The notes beneath the pieces were generated by a model that was not told the origin of the DNA, made no database searches, and worked only from the letters and a program-made list of their open reading frames with translations. A DNA stretch of 64,000 nucleotides, taken from NCBI GenBank assembly GCA_036172245.1, contig JAYWIR010000072.1, positions 248,001-312,000 on the forward strand. The letters are read 5' to 3'. This document shows positions 61,744-64,000 of the stretch, one piece after another. The position numbers and the translations under genes were made by a program. How positions within the stretch are numbered: the first letter of the stretch is position 1; every line of letters starts with the position of its first letter. This stretch comes from Raillietiella orientalis. Its lineage: Eukaryota.

Positions 61744-64000
61744 TTCTCATCTGGTTGCGACTGAGCGTTTATTTTTCCGAATTAAACGACAGTCTGTGGC
61801 TTAACTGGTGGTCCAGCCACGCACTAATGAACAATAATAAATCTGCAGGGTCACAGGTTCGCAGTCCGGTATGGTCCACCACGACAACAGAGGGAACAGG
61901 GAGAAAACAAAAAGATATAACAAATATAAAGAATTTGTTTATATAAAAACAAGATCTAAAAGGCACGGGAAAAGATCGCAGTCTGCTGTGGGGCCATTAC
62001 ATCCTTTCTAGGATGCCGGCAAGCTGTTCCTTGATTGATGAATCCAGATGGGTGCATTCAGTCGCTGTCCTCATAAATTCGACTGCGCATTGGACGGCAC
62101 CCTTATCGCGTGGTCCAAACGTTGCCTTGCTACAAGGAGCGACGATCCTGCGGATGCAGCACAGGGCTGCTAACGAGAACGAGGGCCGAACGAAGTCGGA
62201 AACAAAGAGGGATCTAATTGCGTTTCTGCTGTTGCCACAGGGGATTTCGATTGCTGCGGCGAAGCGGTTGGAATGGGGCCGAAGAGCCTCACAATCCATA
62301 AGGAAGTGAAGAAGGAAATGCCGTTCTCGACACCTTACACAATTAGGGTATACCGCTCCCTAGGTCCAATGGTGTCGGCGGAGGTTGCAGGGGAGTCCCC
62401 AAAACAGCAGCAGTAGCGCCGAATCCTGCTATTTGAAGGAGAAGATGGAGGTGTTTATCAGAACCGGGGGCCACTTCAGTTGTTCTGGCGAAACTTTTAG
62501 CAGCTCACCACAGCGCAAAAGTCCAATAGGGGTGATTATCTGGACTGCAGTATCGCCAAGTATCCCAGTTTTCCATTCCCCGATCTTTTTCTCTGTATCG
62601 GAGATTTTAGCAACCACTTCCCATGTCGCCGCAGTATTGCTGTTCAGATGGTCCACGAGGTGAAACAGCATTGGTGCGAGGGGAGTTTTTCTTTTATATG
62701 TTCGTTTTTGGGGGTTCTCCACGATCTCTTGCAGCGTGAGGTGGTAGTTGAGCGCAAACAGTTGTGTGCGATATTGATCGGCGCGTCGCTCGTTGCTCCT
62801 CGCTCACGTGAAAGCAGTTTCCTGGAGCCAGCCATTTCCATTAAGTGGGCAACAGAAGAGCCTTTCCGCGTTCATTTTCTTTGGATCAGCCACTTTAAGC
62901 AACTTTAAACCGCAGCGACCGACTTGGTGGCGACAACGGAGCGATAGGAAGGATGAGACTCCCACCTTGCTCTCCTACAGTTTCACGAGGAGACGTGCAG
63001 GATCGCATCAGCTACTACTCCAATACTTTGCCACTAGGGAGACTAACCGAAACTGGAGCTGGAGCTGCAGCCTCTCCAGCGTCAGGTGACCGAGACAGCC
63101 ATCCGCACGCGGAGCGCTCAAGTTCGCGAGCGGGACTCGGGCTCTCCCCCTACCACACGGGGCAATCCTTAGGTGGTCCTTCGTCTGCTTTATGGTCTCT
63201 GCAATAAGAGGGCCAACAAAAAGTAGGGAACGGAGAAGGGGTTCGCGAACGTGTTCCACACCGCGTCCCATTCCGTCAGGAAAAACCTGCGGCCTTGGAA
63301 CGGGCCGATTGCCGTCTCTACCTTCTCAAGGCAGCTGGACCACTCATCCGATGGGAGATGATACCCCATAGGTAAACCGAGGTACTTGAAGTACCGTACC
63401 TTGTGGATCATCAAACAAACCCAGTCCGGCTGCCCTGCCCACGCCGCACCGAGTGGCATGACAGACAACTTCGCCCTGTTCACCTTAAGCCCGGTTCCTT
63501 GACTTTGCAGGTCGAGGAACTCCTAGACCTCAAATGCCAGGATGGACATAGGAAGCAGCAGCAGTCAATCGTCCGCGTACGCTGAAATCGCCTGCGTACC
63601 GGCGCACTTGAGCGGAATGTGCGCTAGAGTTTGCCTATACCCTCTCAATAACAGCACAAACTGGTAGTGAATAACAAGCGGCTCAGCCTGTCACCCTGCT
63701 GAATCCGACGCCGCACCTGCACGCCGTGCACAGTAAGCCCGTTGAAAGCAAAATTGAATATCGCGTCGCCCCAGCTGTAGCGTAGATTGGCCAATAATGA
63801 TTCCGAAAAGCCCATGCATTCCAGAAGCTCCAGCACGTGATTCTGGTCCACGCAATGGAATGCTTTCCGCAGGTCGACTGTGCCCGCAAGAGCTCTTACC
63901 CAACCGACAATCCGGTCCGTTGCCTGCGAACTTACCTGAATTTCGGTTGCGAATCATGCTCCTTCAATGTACGAGCTCTAGACAGGTAAAGGCGTGTAAC
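61744..64000 (-). pseudogene. LINE family D 3' part (mirror of 22151-24031, extending further 5' into the RT)
   Basis: VDLRKAFH, RRIQQGDRLS, AYADD and VNRAKLSV; terminal motif at 61744-61773. Confidence 0.85.

Larger units (their letters stand above)
22151..63624. repeat. Giant inverted duplication: 22151-29180 pairs with 55124-63624, and 34100-39313 pairs with 50216-55090; non-repeated core 39314-50215
   Basis: Mirrored near-identical ORFs (23474..23776/61997..62299, 27750..27968/56333..56551, 38057..38539/51006..51488); breakpoints read directly from the sequence. Confidence 0.95.

Noticed and set aside
1..64000. LTRs, telomeric repeat arrays, CRISPR arrays, rRNA
   Set aside because: No integrase, protease or RNase H motifs, no regularly spaced short direct repeats and no rRNA signatures seen.

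Overview
Eukaryotic, gene-free repetitive window. No host protein-coding gene, rRNA, tRNA or CRISPR array can be supported. About 70% of it is fragments of several related L1/Tx1-type non-LTR retrotransposon families, labelled A-F here for convenience. ORF1 has an RRM-like region plus 2 CCHC knuckles; ORF2 has an APE endonuclease, an RT with YADD and a C-terminal CxxC-H-C finger. Only one ORF2 (40681-44277, minus) and one ORF1 (66-1817, minus) are open end to end. The fragments are not random. 3' halves on one strand alternate with 5' halves on the other, as expected for Russian-doll nesting. Four family-A termini fall in the same LPxGFG codons of another copy's ORF2, in antisense, which suggests a self-targeting LINE. 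The elements end in a conserved AATAAA + GC hairpin with no poly(A) tail, start with GGACGTGTTTT, and couple ORF1 to ORF2 by TAATG in one family but by an AUG-less TAACA in family A. Their endonuclease appears to lack the usual specificity beta-hairpin loop. A ~41 kb inverted duplication (22151-39313 vs 50216-63624) surrounds a core holding the intact element. There is also an older ~5.7 kb palindrome centred on a perfect 26-bp hairpin, and several perfect fold-back insertions at rearrangement breakpoints. All alignments were done by eye; boundaries of degraded pieces are approximate.
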